Program-made: the position numbers and the translations under genes | Part shown: one piece after another, positions 31,552 to 41,919 of the stretch | Layout of the letters: each line of letters starts with the position of its first letter | How positions within the stretch are numbered: the stretch's first letter is position 1 | The notes under the pieces: model-generated | Databases searched by the model: none | Told to the model about the DNA's origin: nothing | What the model saw: the letters and a program-made list of their open reading frames with translations, nothing else | Assembly (NCBI GenBank): GCA_965213625.1 | Contig: CBDBZU010000004.1 | Span: 2,368,001-2,432,000 of the forward strand | From: a bacterium | Lineage (GTDB): Bacteria; UBA8248 | DNA: 64,000 nt | Reading direction: 5' to 3'

Positions 31552-32379
31552 TTAGTTCCCGGCCGCTGCGGCCGCCGCTTTTTCTCTCAGCATCTCCTCG
31601 AGCTTCGGCATGGCCCGCACCGACGCATAGCGCGCATGCTGGCCGCTCTGTGTGGAAAGGTTGCGCTTCGAGCCTTTGGGGATATGGATGATGGAGCCGG
31701 GACCCGCTTGCTGGTGATCGTCGTCCACCTGTGCGTCGATGACTCCCTTGATGACGTAGACGAATTCCTCGTGCGCGTTCTCGGCTGTCTGGTCCTCATG
31801 GCCCTCGGGAATCTCACCGTAGCCGAACGCGAGGCGCTCGCCTTCGATCCATACGGTGTGGCGTCCCGAAGATGCGGGCGCGTCCAGGGAGGGGAGTATC
31901 GGGTAATAGGAGTTGTTCAGGCCTTCGACGATGATTTCCGATCGCTCGGCGTCTCTTTCGAATTCTTCCGCAGTGCCTTCCTCGTACCGCTGGTTGATTT
32001 CCTCAACGGTAAGCGCCTTGTCCGGCACAACCTGGTCTCTATCCAGGCCCACGACCGTCCAGGAGCGGTCCTTCACGTAGAGGTAGTCCATGTCGCCGTC
32101 TTCGGTGGCGCCCATCTGATGCTGCGCGTAAGGGGGAACGTGCACGAAAGTGCCCGGCGTGACGACTCTTCTGTCCTTACCGACGAGGGCGTTGATTTTA
32201 CCGCTGATGGGGAAAATCATGAGCTCGTTGGGGTGGTAGTGTATCTGCGAGCCCGTGCCGGCCACCTTGCTGACCTGGCAGAAATACATGTATTCCCCCT
32301 CGATGATGGAACCCTGGCCCGAGGAGAGATGGGGCGTAACGGCTTTTTTCTCTATTTCATCGAAACGATGGAACGGCAT
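31552..32379 (-). CDS. Bicupin protein
   Basis: HYHPNE...HVPPYAQH in domain 1; second, degenerate cupin (AHEEFVYVIKG...IIHIPKG). Confidence 0.8.
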   Translation of the reverse strand: MPFHRFDEIEKKAVTPHLSSGQGSIIEGEYMYFCQVSKVAGTGSQIHYHPNELMIFPISGKINALVGKDRRVVTPGTFVHVPPYAQHQMGATEDGDMDYLYVKDRSWTVVGLDRDQVVPDKALTVEEINQRYEEGTAEEFERDAERSEIIVEGLNNSYYPILPSLDAPASSGRHTVWIEGERLAFGYGEIPEGHEDQTAENAHEEFVYVIKGVIDAQVDDDHQQAGPGSIIHIPKGSKRNLSTQSGQHARYASVRAMPKLEEMLREKAAAAAAGN

Positions 32380-32620
32380 CCGGTAAACTCCTTTGTTGAC
32401 GAATATATCCCTGCTTTGGTTTTCGGTGATTCAAGGCAATTCGCCGCCGAGAATCAAAATATTTTGTTATCAGGTTTGTTGAACCCAAGGGGCGAATGTT
32501 ACCCTTTCCCGTCGCGTCTGACAATTTATGTACGACAAAAAATGAGGCGTTCCTTGGCGTTTTTCGCGATGGACGCTGACGTGGATTTCAAGGCATACAC
32601 CAAACTTAATGGAGGTAGTT

Positions 32621-33622
32621 ATGGCGGATGAAAAAGTACGGTTGGCGTCCATCGGTCTGGCCAACTGGGGAACGATGCTGGGGAATGCCGCGAAAAGGGC
32701 GGGGAACGTGGAGATTACCCGATGCTTCACGAGAACCGAATCTGCGCGCGAGGAATTCGCGGAGAAATTCGGTTGCCGCCCGGCGGCGTCTTTCGAAGAA
32801 GTGCTGAAGGACAGCGAGGTGGAGGGAATCCTCATCGCCACGCCGCACTCCACGCATACGGACCTGATTACGCAGGCGGCATCCGCAGGCAAGCACGTTT
32901 TTGTGGAAAAGCCGCTCACGCTGACGGTGGCCGATGCGGACAAGTGCATCGACGCCACTGAAAAAGCGGGCGTTACGCTACTGATCGGGCACCACAGAAG
33001 GCGGCAGGGAGCGAACCGCAGGATACGGGCGATGATAGACGAGGGCGCGCTGGGCATGGTTCACGCCCTGGAGGCGAACCTCTCCAACCCGAACGGGCAA
33101 AACCCGAGAAGCGGCTGGAGAAACGACCCGGCGGAATGCCCGGCGGGGGGAATGACGGGGCTGGGCGTCCATATGGTGGACAATCTCCAGTACCTGGCCG
33201 GCCCCGTGAAGCGGGTGAGCGCGTTCAGCAAGCAACTGTTCGCTGCGGGTAATCTCGATGACGTGACGAACATCATTCTCGAATACGAGAGCGGCCCGCT
33301 CGGCTACATCACCACCTGCTACGTTACGCCCAAGCAGTGCACGACATCGGCCCACGGCACGGAAGGCTCCGCATGGAGCGAAGACGAGGGGGAGAAGCTC
33401 TATCTCCAGAAGAAAGGCGAGAATGAAAGGAGTGAGCTCTCCGTGGACGGCGGCGATGCGCTTGCGGAAGAAATACAGGAGTTCGGCAAGTGCATCCGGG
33501 GTGAAGCCACGCCCGAGACGGACGGCCAGGCCGCGCGGGAAGTCGTGGCCGTTCTGGAATCTATCGTCGAAAGCGCCAAGAGCGGGCGCGTGGTCGATGT
33601 TTCCGATATTAGAGGAAATTAA
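32621..33622 (+). CDS. Gfo/Idh/MocA family oxidoreductase
   Basis: IGLANWG, ATPHSTH, KHVFVEKPL, GVHMVD; GGAGG SD. Confidence 0.9.
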   Translation: MADEKVRLASIGLANWGTMLGNAAKRAGNVEITRCFTRTESAREEFAEKFGCRPAASFEEVLKDSEVEGILIATPHSTHTDLITQAASAGKHVFVEKPLTLTVADADKCIDATEKAGVTLLIGHHRRRQGANRRIRAMIDEGALGMVHALEANLSNPNGQNPRSGWRNDPAECPAGGMTGLGVHMVDNLQYLAGPVKRVSAFSKQLFAAGNLDDVTNIILEYESGPLGYITTCYVTPKQCTTSAHGTEGSAWSEDEGEKLYLQKKGENERSELSVDGGDALAEEIQEFGKCIRGEATPETDGQAAREVVAVLESIVESAKSGRVVDVSDIRGN

Positions 33623-33624
33623 GT

Positions 33625-34644
33625 GTGAGTCGAGAATCATGGGAAATCGGGGGCGTGGAAGTGGCCGCAGGCTCCTATGAATATGTGAAAATACCGGTGG
33701 CGCGAATGCTCACCGGCTCAGAGACGGGTCTGCCCGTGCATTGCGTGAGAGGCGAGAAGCCCGGCCCTACGCTTTCCGTACTCGCTTGCGTTCACGGGGA
33801 TGAACCGCAGCCGATTCGTGCGTTCCAGAACGTGCTGGCGCAAATCGACCGGAAAGAATTGAGCGGCGCCTTGCTGGTGGTTCCGGTGGCGAATCCGTTC
33901 GCCTTTGCGAATTTCTCGCGGCAATCGCCCGATCAGCACGAGCAGACGAACTTGTGGGGCGCTTTTCCGGGTTCGGCCAAGGGGACGCTGACGCAGCGCT
34001 ACGCGCACAAGATTCGCGAACTCCTGATTGGGGGTGCGGATTATCTCGTGGAATGTCATTCCGGCGGGGCGGCGGGGAGAATCCAGAGGCGCGTCGATAT
34101 GGACCCGGACATCGAGGGTGCAGCAGGTGAGAAATCGCGCGAAATGGCGATCGCATTCGCCAGCGGAGGGGCGGGTCTGGTGCACGGCGTGCCCTTCAGC
34201 AAATCGAGCGCCTCGGGCCATGCGCTCGCGCAGGGGATACCGGCCGTAAGCGTGGAGATTGGCGGCGCATATCTGCCCGAATGTGAGGAAAACCTCTACC
34301 GGGACAACCTGGAGAACGGTTTTTTGAACCTCCTCGTTCATCTCGGGATGATGCCCGGGGAGGAGAAGAGATTGAGGATCAACTATTTCGATTTCGCTCA
34401 TCGCGCCGAGGCCAACCCTTCGAGCGGCGGATATCTCATCTCGCGAAAAACGCATTTTGCAGACCTGGGCGCGAAGGTGAGCGAAGGCGAAATTTTAGGG
34501 GAAATGCTGGATCCGTTCTCCTTGGAGGTTGTGGAGGAGTTGCGCAGTCCCGCCGACGGGGTGCTTTTCTTCAGCAGGTGCAGCGGGCCGTTCGAAGTGG
34601 GGAACAAGGGGTTCGCAGTCGCCACCGAATACCGGGAAATATGA
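33625..34644 (+). CDS. Succinylglutamate desuccinylase/aspartoacylase (M14) family hydrolase
   Basis: HGDE, VPVANP, FPG..GTLTQ, ECHSG, VEIGG, SPADG. Confidence 0.85.
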   Translation: MSRESWEIGGVEVAAGSYEYVKIPVARMLTGSETGLPVHCVRGEKPGPTLSVLACVHGDEPQPIRAFQNVLAQIDRKELSGALLVVPVANPFAFANFSRQSPDQHEQTNLWGAFPGSAKGTLTQRYAHKIRELLIGGADYLVECHSGGAAGRIQRRVDMDPDIEGAAGEKSREMAIAFASGGAGLVHGVPFSKSSASGHALAQGIPAVSVEIGGAYLPECEENLYRDNLENGFLNLLVHLGMMPGEEKRLRINYFDFAHRAEANPSSGGYLISRKTHFADLGAKVSEGEILGEMLDPFSLEVVEELRSPADGVLFFSRCSGPFEVGNKGFAVATEYREI

Positions 34645-34712
34645 CAAACCGCGCGCAAGCGCAAATCTATTGATGGGTTTTTGAACAACTTATTTGGAGG
34701 AAACGCAAGAAA

Positions 34713-35147
34713 ATGCCTTTTTACGAACCCGAATCGATGGAGCAAAGACTGGCGGGGGCGAGCTACAGCACCTCCGAGGGCGTGTGGGTCGATGGCGAGC
34801 GCGTCATTTTCGGCATCATCAACAAGCCGGCGGGCACGGGCAGCAGGCCCCATCGCCATGCGAACGAGCAGTTCATTCTCGTTCAGCAGGGCAGCCTGCA
34901 GGCGATGATCGACGGCGAGCGGAAAACGGTCGGCGCAGGGGGCATCATTCACATACCGGCGAATTCGCTCCACAGCATGGTGGCCACCGATGATGAGGAC
35001 GTCATTTTCATCGTCGCGAAGGATACGGCATGGCAGATCGAGGGCGTCCCCGAGGATGATTCGACCTACGGGGCATATATCGGCGAGGGCGCTGATGATA
35101 GCGTGGCTGCGCGTTTTCACGAGATTTCCGAAAAAGGCTCCGAATAA
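34713..35147 (+). CDS. Cupin domain protein
   Basis: PHRHANEQ...HIPANSLH. Confidence 0.85.
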   Translation: MPFYEPESMEQRLAGASYSTSEGVWVDGERVIFGIINKPAGTGSRPHRHANEQFILVQQGSLQAMIDGERKTVGAGGIIHIPANSLHSMVATDDEDVIFIVAKDTAWQIEGVPEDDSTYGAYIGEGADDSVAARFHEISEKGSE

Positions 35148-35387
35148 GCGATAATCGGCGCGGGCTGACGAAAGCGCCGGGAGGCGAACAGTTCGCGCGC
35201 CATATCAAAAACGTGCAAATCTTTGGCGTAAGATTTTGACTTGGGAATCTATTTTTGCAAGAATGCCCGAAATTCGGACCGAAGCCGCAATGAACCATAT
35301 AGAACAGACGGGATAATTCCATGGCTCCGGCCATGAGCGCATTGTGAATGTAATGCTTTGAAATTCGCATGATTTGGGAGGCTGTTG

Positions 35388-36254
35388 ATGGCGACGGCGA
35401 GTGAAGTCAGAAGGGATGAAGTAAAACTACCTGACGAGTACACCAAGCAGGAAAGAGTCTGGATGTGGCTCAAGGACAACGTCCCGAGCTTCATCGCGGT
35501 GCTCGTCATATGGGAGTGCATCGCATTTTACGTGAGTGAGCCCGCGCTGTTCCCGCGCGTATTTCCCATTGTCCACCGATTTTACGAGGTCACCTTCCTG
35601 AAGTCCGGTGAGACCACGTGCGTCTTGTGCGTGCACTCCTACCATACCGCCTGGCGGATCATGATAGGAATGCTCATCGCCGGCTTCGTGGGGATTGCCA
35701 TCGGCATCGCTATGGGGCGCATCGGCTGGTTCGAGAAGTTCATGATCCCCATCCTGAGCATGCTCCTGCCCATACCGGCCCTGGCCTGGAGCCCGATTCT
35801 CGTCCTGTGGTTCGGTCTCGGCAACACGACGATGATCTTCATCACCGCGTTCGCCGCGGCGCTCCCGGCCATATCATCCACGTGGACGGGGGTGAAGACC
35901 ATTAACCCCATCTGGATACGCGCGGCGCAATCGATGAACGCCGAGGGGATGACCCTGTTCTGGAAGGTCATATTTCCCGGCTCGCTGCCGTTCATTCTCT
36001 CGGGCATCCGTATCGGCCTCGCGCGCGCATGGCGCGCCGGCATCGCAGGTGAGATGGTGGCCGCGAGCGACTGGGGTTTGGGTTACGCTATCTTCGACAG
36101 CCGCGAAGACCTCGACACCGCCTTCATGCTGGTGGGAATCGCGGCCATCGCCCTGGTCGGCTTCGTGATGGAGAAGTTCATATTCGAGAAATTCGAAAAA
36201 GTGACCGTCGTCAAGTGGGGCATGATGGAAGAGGTCGGCGGACAGCGCCAGTAA
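35388..36254 (+). CDS. ABC transporter permease (TauC/SsuC/NitT family)
   Basis: PIPALAWSP, WFGLG, RAAQSM, P.SLPFILSGIRIGLARAW, EM.A...GLG. Confidence 0.9.
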   Translation: MATASEVRRDEVKLPDEYTKQERVWMWLKDNVPSFIAVLVIWECIAFYVSEPALFPRVFPIVHRFYEVTFLKSGETTCVLCVHSYHTAWRIMIGMLIAGFVGIAIGIAMGRIGWFEKFMIPILSMLLPIPALAWSPILVLWFGLGNTTMIFITAFAAALPAISSTWTGVKTINPIWIRAAQSMNAEGMTLFWKVIFPGSLPFILSGIRIGLARAWRAGIAGEMVAASDWGLGYAIFDSREDLDTAFMLVGIAAIALVGFVMEKFIFEKFEKVTVVKWGMMEEVGGQRQ

Positions 36255-36276
36255 CGGATAATAACAGACAGGCCAT

Positions 36277-36312
36277 AAAAAAGGCCGGCTCCCTCGGGGG
36301 GCCGGCCTTTTT
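36277..36312. terminator. Bidirectional intrinsic terminator between convergent genes
   Basis: AAAAAAGGCCGGCTCC-CTCG-GGGGCCGGCCTTTTT. Confidence 0.85.
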
Positions 36313-36339
36313 GTTTGTATATCAGATGCAGAGGTGAAG

Positions 36340-37092
<753 letters not shown>

Positions 37093-37223
37093 GTTTTTCG
37101 GTCCTTATGAGATATCTGATAAAACGTGATTCCACATTTTGTTTTTCACGATGAACCCGAAAAATAACGCAGATGATCCGCCCCCGTCAATTCCGTCAGT
37201 CCTCGCGCTTCGTTTCGCAAAAA

Positions 37224-37982
37224 TCAGAAAAAAGCGGCGAGTCCCCCGAAGTTCATCACTACGAGGAGAGCGCCCATAATGAACAGAATGATCGTGACAA
37301 TCCGGAAGAACAGCTGATCCGTAAAAATGTTGTATATCTTCGTGCCCACGAAGAATCCGAGCAGCACGGGCGTCGTCAGGATGAGGATGAGCCACAGGGC
37401 CGTCTCGCCGATGTAGCCCGCCGCCGCGATGGAGGCGATGGCCGCGACCCGGAGCACCACCTGGCTCGCGCTCAGCACGAAGAGGTAGCGCTCTTTCGAG
37501 ATTTTCATCCCCGTTAAGTAGGAGGCGATGACGTGGGAGGGAATGTTGATGGTGCCCAGCATGAGTCCTGCGACTGCTCCCATGCCCAGCGAGCGTTTCA
37601 GGGAATCCTCGGGCGCGGGCTTTTCGTGCTGATACCATTGCCAGACGATCTGGCAGATCAAGAAAGCGCCCAGGATGAATTTCATCAGGCGCGGATCGGT
37701 ATTCAGTAGAATTGTCAGGCCGACGGCCAAGCCAACCAGGCTCATCGAGAAAAAGGGAACGAAGGGCCGCAAGCCCTCGTGAACGGCCGCGCGCGTTCGC
37801 CAGGCGTTCATGAGGCTCGTGCACAGGGTGGGGATGGAGATGACGGCGATGGCCGTCGGCACGTCCCAGAAAATGGCCACGGTGGGCGTCGTGAGAGTGG
37901 CGAAGCCGAACCCGCCCACCGCCTTGAGACCCGAGCCGACGAATGCGGCGCAAAAAACCAGAATATAGACCAGAGGACTCAA
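37224..37982 (-). CDS. Sulfite exporter TauE/SafE family membrane protein
   Basis: About eight hydrophobic segments, N-terminal GFGF motif, two-fold internal repeat. Confidence 0.75.
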   Translation of the reverse strand: MSPLVYILVFCAAFVGSGLKAVGGFGFATLTTPTVAIFWDVPTAIAVISIPTLCTSLMNAWRTRAAVHEGLRPFVPFFSMSLVGLAVGLTILLNTDPRLMKFILGAFLICQIVWQWYQHEKPAPEDSLKRSLGMGAVAGLMLGTINIPSHVIASYLTGMKISKERYLFVLSASQVVLRVAAIASIAAAGYIGETALWLILILTTPVLLGFFVGTKIYNIFTDQLFFRIVTIILFIMGALLVVMNFGGLAAFF

Positions 37983-38247
37983 ATTGACCCCGTCAAAAAA
38001 GAATGATTACGCCAGGCGAGATGAGGCTGAAAGCGACACTCGAAGACGTGAACGGCTCATTGCGAGAAATCCGCAAACATGACGCTGAACCTTGACGCCG
38101 CTGCGAATATATCGGCATTATAGCCGCCAATCTCGAGTACGGGAAATCTCACAGGCTTGTTTCATCATCATGTGTCGGATGCCCCTTCGACACCTGAAAG
38201 GGAGCCGTCAACCACGGCTTCGGCGCGCCGGATTTGAGGATTTTTGA

Positions 38248-39318
38248 ATGGATTTTTCCTTATTTTATATCCTGTATCGTCCCGAAGATATGACCGAGGC
38301 GCAGGTCCATGAGGATATGTTCGAAGAGAGCATTCTGGCGGACGAGTTGGGCTACTCTTGCGTCTGGTACGCAGAGCATCACTTCTCCTGCGTCGGGATG
38401 ATCCCCGACCCGCTGCTCATCTGCGCCGCCGTCGCGCAAAAGACGAAAAAAATACACGTGGGCACGGCCATTTCCATCATGTCGTTTCACGATCCCATTC
38501 GGCTGGCCGAGCAGGCCGCCATGGTGGATCTCCTGAGCGGCGGCAGGCTGGAACTGGGCATCGGGCGCGGCTCCCAGCCCAAGGAGTTCCAGGGATTCGG
38601 CGCAAGGCCCTCGGAAAGCCGAGAGCGCTTAAAAGAAGGGCTCCACATTCTCTCCCGCCTTCTCGAAGGGGAGAAGGTGACGTTCGAGGGCCGGCATCAT
38701 CAGTGCGCGGACGTGGAAATCTTCCCAAAGCCCCTGCAAAAGCCCAGGCCCCCCATCTGGCTGGCAGGAACGAGCCCCGAAACCTACACCTACGCTGGGG
38801 AAAACGGCTTCAAGGTGATGGCCTCGGCCGGCTTCACGGGCCCGGAAGTTTATAAGGAAAAGTTCGGGCTTTATGAGGGCGCTATCCGAAAATCGGGCGG
38901 CGACCCCTCCGGTATCGACAGGCCCCTGGTTCACCACATCCACGTCTGCGATGCGGAGGATGCGGAGGAATGCTTCGACCTCACGGTAGAAGGGGAGGGC
39001 GAGTACCTGCGCTACCGGGCGAAGATGAACGAGGTGGAAATGCCCGAAGATGAGGCGATGCACCTGAAGCGCAACTGGAGTTATGAACTGGACGTCGCCG
39101 AGATCGTCAGGGGCGGCGGCATCATCGCCGATCCGGGAGCCGTGGCGGAGGATATTTGCAGGCTGCGTGATGATTACGGGGTCAATCACGTCATCCTGGC
39201 GCCGTGGCGCGGGCCGGACCACGCCGCGGTGATGCGCTCGATCGAGAGTTTCGTGCGCGACGTCATGCCGCTTGTGAACGCCACCGCGCCCGTCGCTTCG
39301 AATGGAAACAACTCTTGA
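38248..39318 (+). CDS. Luciferase-like (LLM) flavin-dependent oxidoreductase
   Basis: WYAEHHFS, HDPIRLAEQ.A.VDLLSGGRLELGIGRG, PKPLQKPRPPIW. Confidence 0.9.
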   Translation: MDFSLFYILYRPEDMTEAQVHEDMFEESILADELGYSCVWYAEHHFSCVGMIPDPLLICAAVAQKTKKIHVGTAISIMSFHDPIRLAEQAAMVDLLSGGRLELGIGRGSQPKEFQGFGARPSESRERLKEGLHILSRLLEGEKVTFEGRHHQCADVEIFPKPLQKPRPPIWLAGTSPETYTYAGENGFKVMASAGFTGPEVYKEKFGLYEGAIRKSGGDPSGIDRPLVHHIHVCDAEDAEECFDLTVEGEGEYLRYRAKMNEVEMPEDEAMHLKRNWSYELDVAEIVRGGGIIADPGAVAEDICRLRDDYGVNHVILAPWRGPDHAAVMRSIESFVRDVMPLVNATAPVASNGNNS

Positions 39319-39366
39319 TGCCTTGATGTTTTCTTTTTTGTCTTAGATTTTGGGAGGCGCTTATTC

Positions 39367-40347
39367 GTGGGTATGAGCTTTAGTTTGCATTTGGTGCCGG
39401 ATGACATCCGGGTCGTGGCGGAGCGTTCGAAATACGCCGAGGACAACGGTTTCGAGCAGGTGTGGATTGCGGAGAGCCACCTCACCTGCCGGGATCACAA
39501 CATCGCGCTCGCTCTGGCGATCGAGAAAACCTCGCATGTGAAAATCGGCCCCGGCGTGACGAACCCGGTTCTCCATGACGACAGCGTCGCGGCGAGCGCC
39601 ATCGCCACACTCGATGAGCTATCGGGCGGCCGGGTGCTGTTCGGCATCGGCTCGGGCGACACGCCCGTCTATACACTGGGCAAGAAGATGGCCCGGCTCG
39701 CCCGGATGCGTGAATCCATCGCGGCCATACGCGCGTTTACGCGCGGCGAGACGGTGGAATACGCCGAGGGCGTGAACGTGAACATGTGGTGTGAGCGGGA
39801 TATCCCCATCTATACATCCGCCGAGGGCCCCAGGACGCTCTCCATGTCGGCCGAAGTCGCGGACGGCGTCATCGTGGGTTCGGGCGTCTACCAGGAGACG
39901 GTGGACTGGGTGATGAAGTACCTGAACGAGGGGATGGCGAATCGCGACGCCTCGCTGGGCGAGATGGACATTATTTTCGGCGCGGTCGTCTCGGTGGATA
40001 CCGACAGCGTGCGCGCGCGCGAGAAGGTGCGGGCGCGGGTTGCGAACCGGGCGCACCATAATTTCCGCATGACGCTCGACTCGGTGCCCGACCAATACAA
40101 GCCCGAAATCAAACACCTTCTGGACAATTTCGACGTGAGCAACTGGCGTGACCCAAAGCACGTGCCCCTCATCACCGACTACATCCTGGACCGTTTCACC
40201 ATCACGGGAACGCCCGAGGAGTGTGTCGACCGCATTCAGGAGATCGAGTCCTACGGGGTCAAGAGCATCATGATCGACCCCCCGAACCAGGATTTCGACG
40301 AATCTCTCAAAATGTTCACCGAAGAGGTTTTGCCCAAGTGCGTCTAA
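39367..40347 (+). CDS. LLM oxidoreductase, Mer-like (possibly F420-dependent)
   Basis: IGPGVTNP, ATLDELSGGR..FGIGSGD, GPRTL..SAEVADGV, GTPEEC. Confidence 0.85.
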   Translation: MGMSFSLHLVPDDIRVVAERSKYAEDNGFEQVWIAESHLTCRDHNIALALAIEKTSHVKIGPGVTNPVLHDDSVAASAIATLDELSGGRVLFGIGSGDTPVYTLGKKMARLARMRESIAAIRAFTRGETVEYAEGVNVNMWCERDIPIYTSAEGPRTLSMSAEVADGVIVGSGVYQETVDWVMKYLNEGMANRDASLGEMDIIFGAVVSVDTDSVRAREKVRARVANRAHHNFRMTLDSVPDQYKPEIKHLLDNFDVSNWRDPKHVPLITDYILDRFTITGTPEECVDRIQEIESYGVKSIMIDPPNQDFDESLKMFTEEVLPKCV

Positions 40348-40395
40348 TCGCATAGTGGACATAATCGACCGCCTTTTTCATAAGAGGAACCCAAA

Positions 40396-40794
40396 ATGGC
40401 GCTGATTCCCGATTCTCATGCCGGCATTCTCGACACAAAGGCCCTCCTGTATCTGGGCACCCAGAACAAGGACGGCTCCCCCCAGGTCTCTCCCGTATGG
40501 TTCGGCACCAACGGCGACATCATCGAGGTCAATTCGGCCAAAGGCCGCCTGAAGGACCTGAATATGCGCGCGCGCCCCAAGGTGTCGATGGCCATCGTCG
40601 ACCCCGAAAACGCCTACAGGTGGGTGGGGTTACAGGGCACGGTGGTGGAGATCACCGAAAACGGGGCGGAAGAGCACATCGACGCCCTGGCGAACAAGTA
40701 TCTGGGCGTGGACAGCTATCCGAACCGACAGGCGGGGCAGGTGCGCGTCATCTACCGCATCCGGGCGGACAAGGTGTTCACGATGGGCGCATAA
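40396..40794 (+). CDS. PPOX-class (split beta-barrel) probable F420-binding protein
   Basis: T.N.DGSPQVSPVW, GRLK..N.R.RP.VS...DPEN.YR, HIDALA.KYLG...YP. Confidence 0.85.
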   Translation: MALIPDSHAGILDTKALLYLGTQNKDGSPQVSPVWFGTNGDIIEVNSAKGRLKDLNMRARPKVSMAIVDPENAYRWVGLQGTVVEITENGAEEHIDALANKYLGVDSYPNRQAGQVRVIYRIRADKVFTMGA

Positions 40795-40839
40795 GCCGCC
40801 CTGCGCACACGATATTTGTAAGTGATGGAGACCGGAAAG

Positions 40840-41895
40840 ATGAAGTTTTCGCTATTCTATATTCCTGCATGTCAGGAGGGGGAGAGCTACAAACACGAGT
40901 TCGATCAGTTGATCGAACAATGCGAGGTGGCCGACGAACTCGGCTATGAGGCCGTGTTCCTGGCCGAGCACCACTTCTCCCGCGTGGGCATGTGCCCCGA
41001 CGCCCTGATGGTCGCGCTCGCCATCGCGCAGAGAACCAGGAAGATACGGATCGGCACCGCCATCTGCATCATGCCGTTCCATAACCCGGTGCGCCTGGCC
41101 GAACAGGCCGCCCTGGTCGACGTGCTGAGCGGCGGGCGTCTGGAGCTGGGCGTCGGGCGGGGTTCCCAGCCCAAGGAGTTTCAGGGCTTCAACATCTCGC
41201 CCAGTGAGAGCAGGGAGAAGATGCAGGAGGGCCTCGAGGTGATGACCCGCCTGCTGGAGGGGGAATGCCTCACCTTCCACGGGAAGCACTACAGCTGCAT
41301 CGACGCGGAGATTTTCCCGAAACCCATACAGAAGCCGCGCCCTCCCATCTGGCTGGCCGGCACGAGTCCCGAAACCTACGTCTTCGCCGGCAAGAGGGGG
41401 TACAACATCATGGCGTCGGGCACCTTTAAGGGACCCGAGGTGTTTCTGGAGAAGATGGCGCTCTTCCAGGAAACCGTGCGCAACCGGGGCGGCGACCCGA
41501 GTGTTTATCCCTCCCTCATGGCGCACCACGTCCACGTGTGCGACGACCCCGAGCACGCCTGGAAGCAAATCGAACCCTCGGAATCGTGGTATCTCTCCTA
41601 CCGCAGCGCGGTGAATTCCATCGAGATGCCGCTTGAGGAGAAAGAGGCGCTCAAGCGCAACTGGAGCTACGACGTCGACATCCGCCAGGTTATCGAGGGG
41701 GGCGGCGTCATCGGCCCGCCGGATAAAGTGATCGCCGATCTCAAGCGGCTCCAGGCGGAGTTCCAGGTGAATCACATCATGATCTTCGTGCTGCGCGGCA
41801 TCGCACAGGACGAGGCGATTCAGTCGATAGAGCGGTTTGCGAAAGAGGTGATGCCCGCGTTCGCCGAAGAGCGCGCGGCGAGTTCAAGCGAATAA
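40840..41895 (+). CDS. Luciferase-like (LLM) oxidoreductase, paralog of 38248-39318
   Basis: FLAEHHFS, HNPVRLAEQ, GRGSQPKEF, PKPIQKPRPPIW; start could be 40822. Confidence 0.9.
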   Translation: MKFSLFYIPACQEGESYKHEFDQLIEQCEVADELGYEAVFLAEHHFSRVGMCPDALMVALAIAQRTRKIRIGTAICIMPFHNPVRLAEQAALVDVLSGGRLELGVGRGSQPKEFQGFNISPSESREKMQEGLEVMTRLLEGECLTFHGKHYSCIDAEIFPKPIQKPRPPIWLAGTSPETYVFAGKRGYNIMASGTFKGPEVFLEKMALFQETVRNRGGDPSVYPSLMAHHVHVCDDPEHAWKQIEPSESWYLSYRSAVNSIEMPLEEKEALKRNWSYDVDIRQVIEGGGVIGPPDKVIADLKRLQAEFQVNHIMIFVLRGIAQDEAIQSIERFAKEVMPAFAEERAASSSE

Positions 41896-41919
41896 CATCG
41901 GTATCGAGGAGAACGGAGA

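Noticed and set aside
35158-35215. Hammerhead-like CTGACGA..AA motif
   Set aside because: There is no stem II between the core segments; it is just a GC-rich hairpin.
38248-41895. Bioluminescence (lux) operon
   Set aside because: No luxC, luxD, luxE or luxG; LLM paralogs are common catabolic enzymes.
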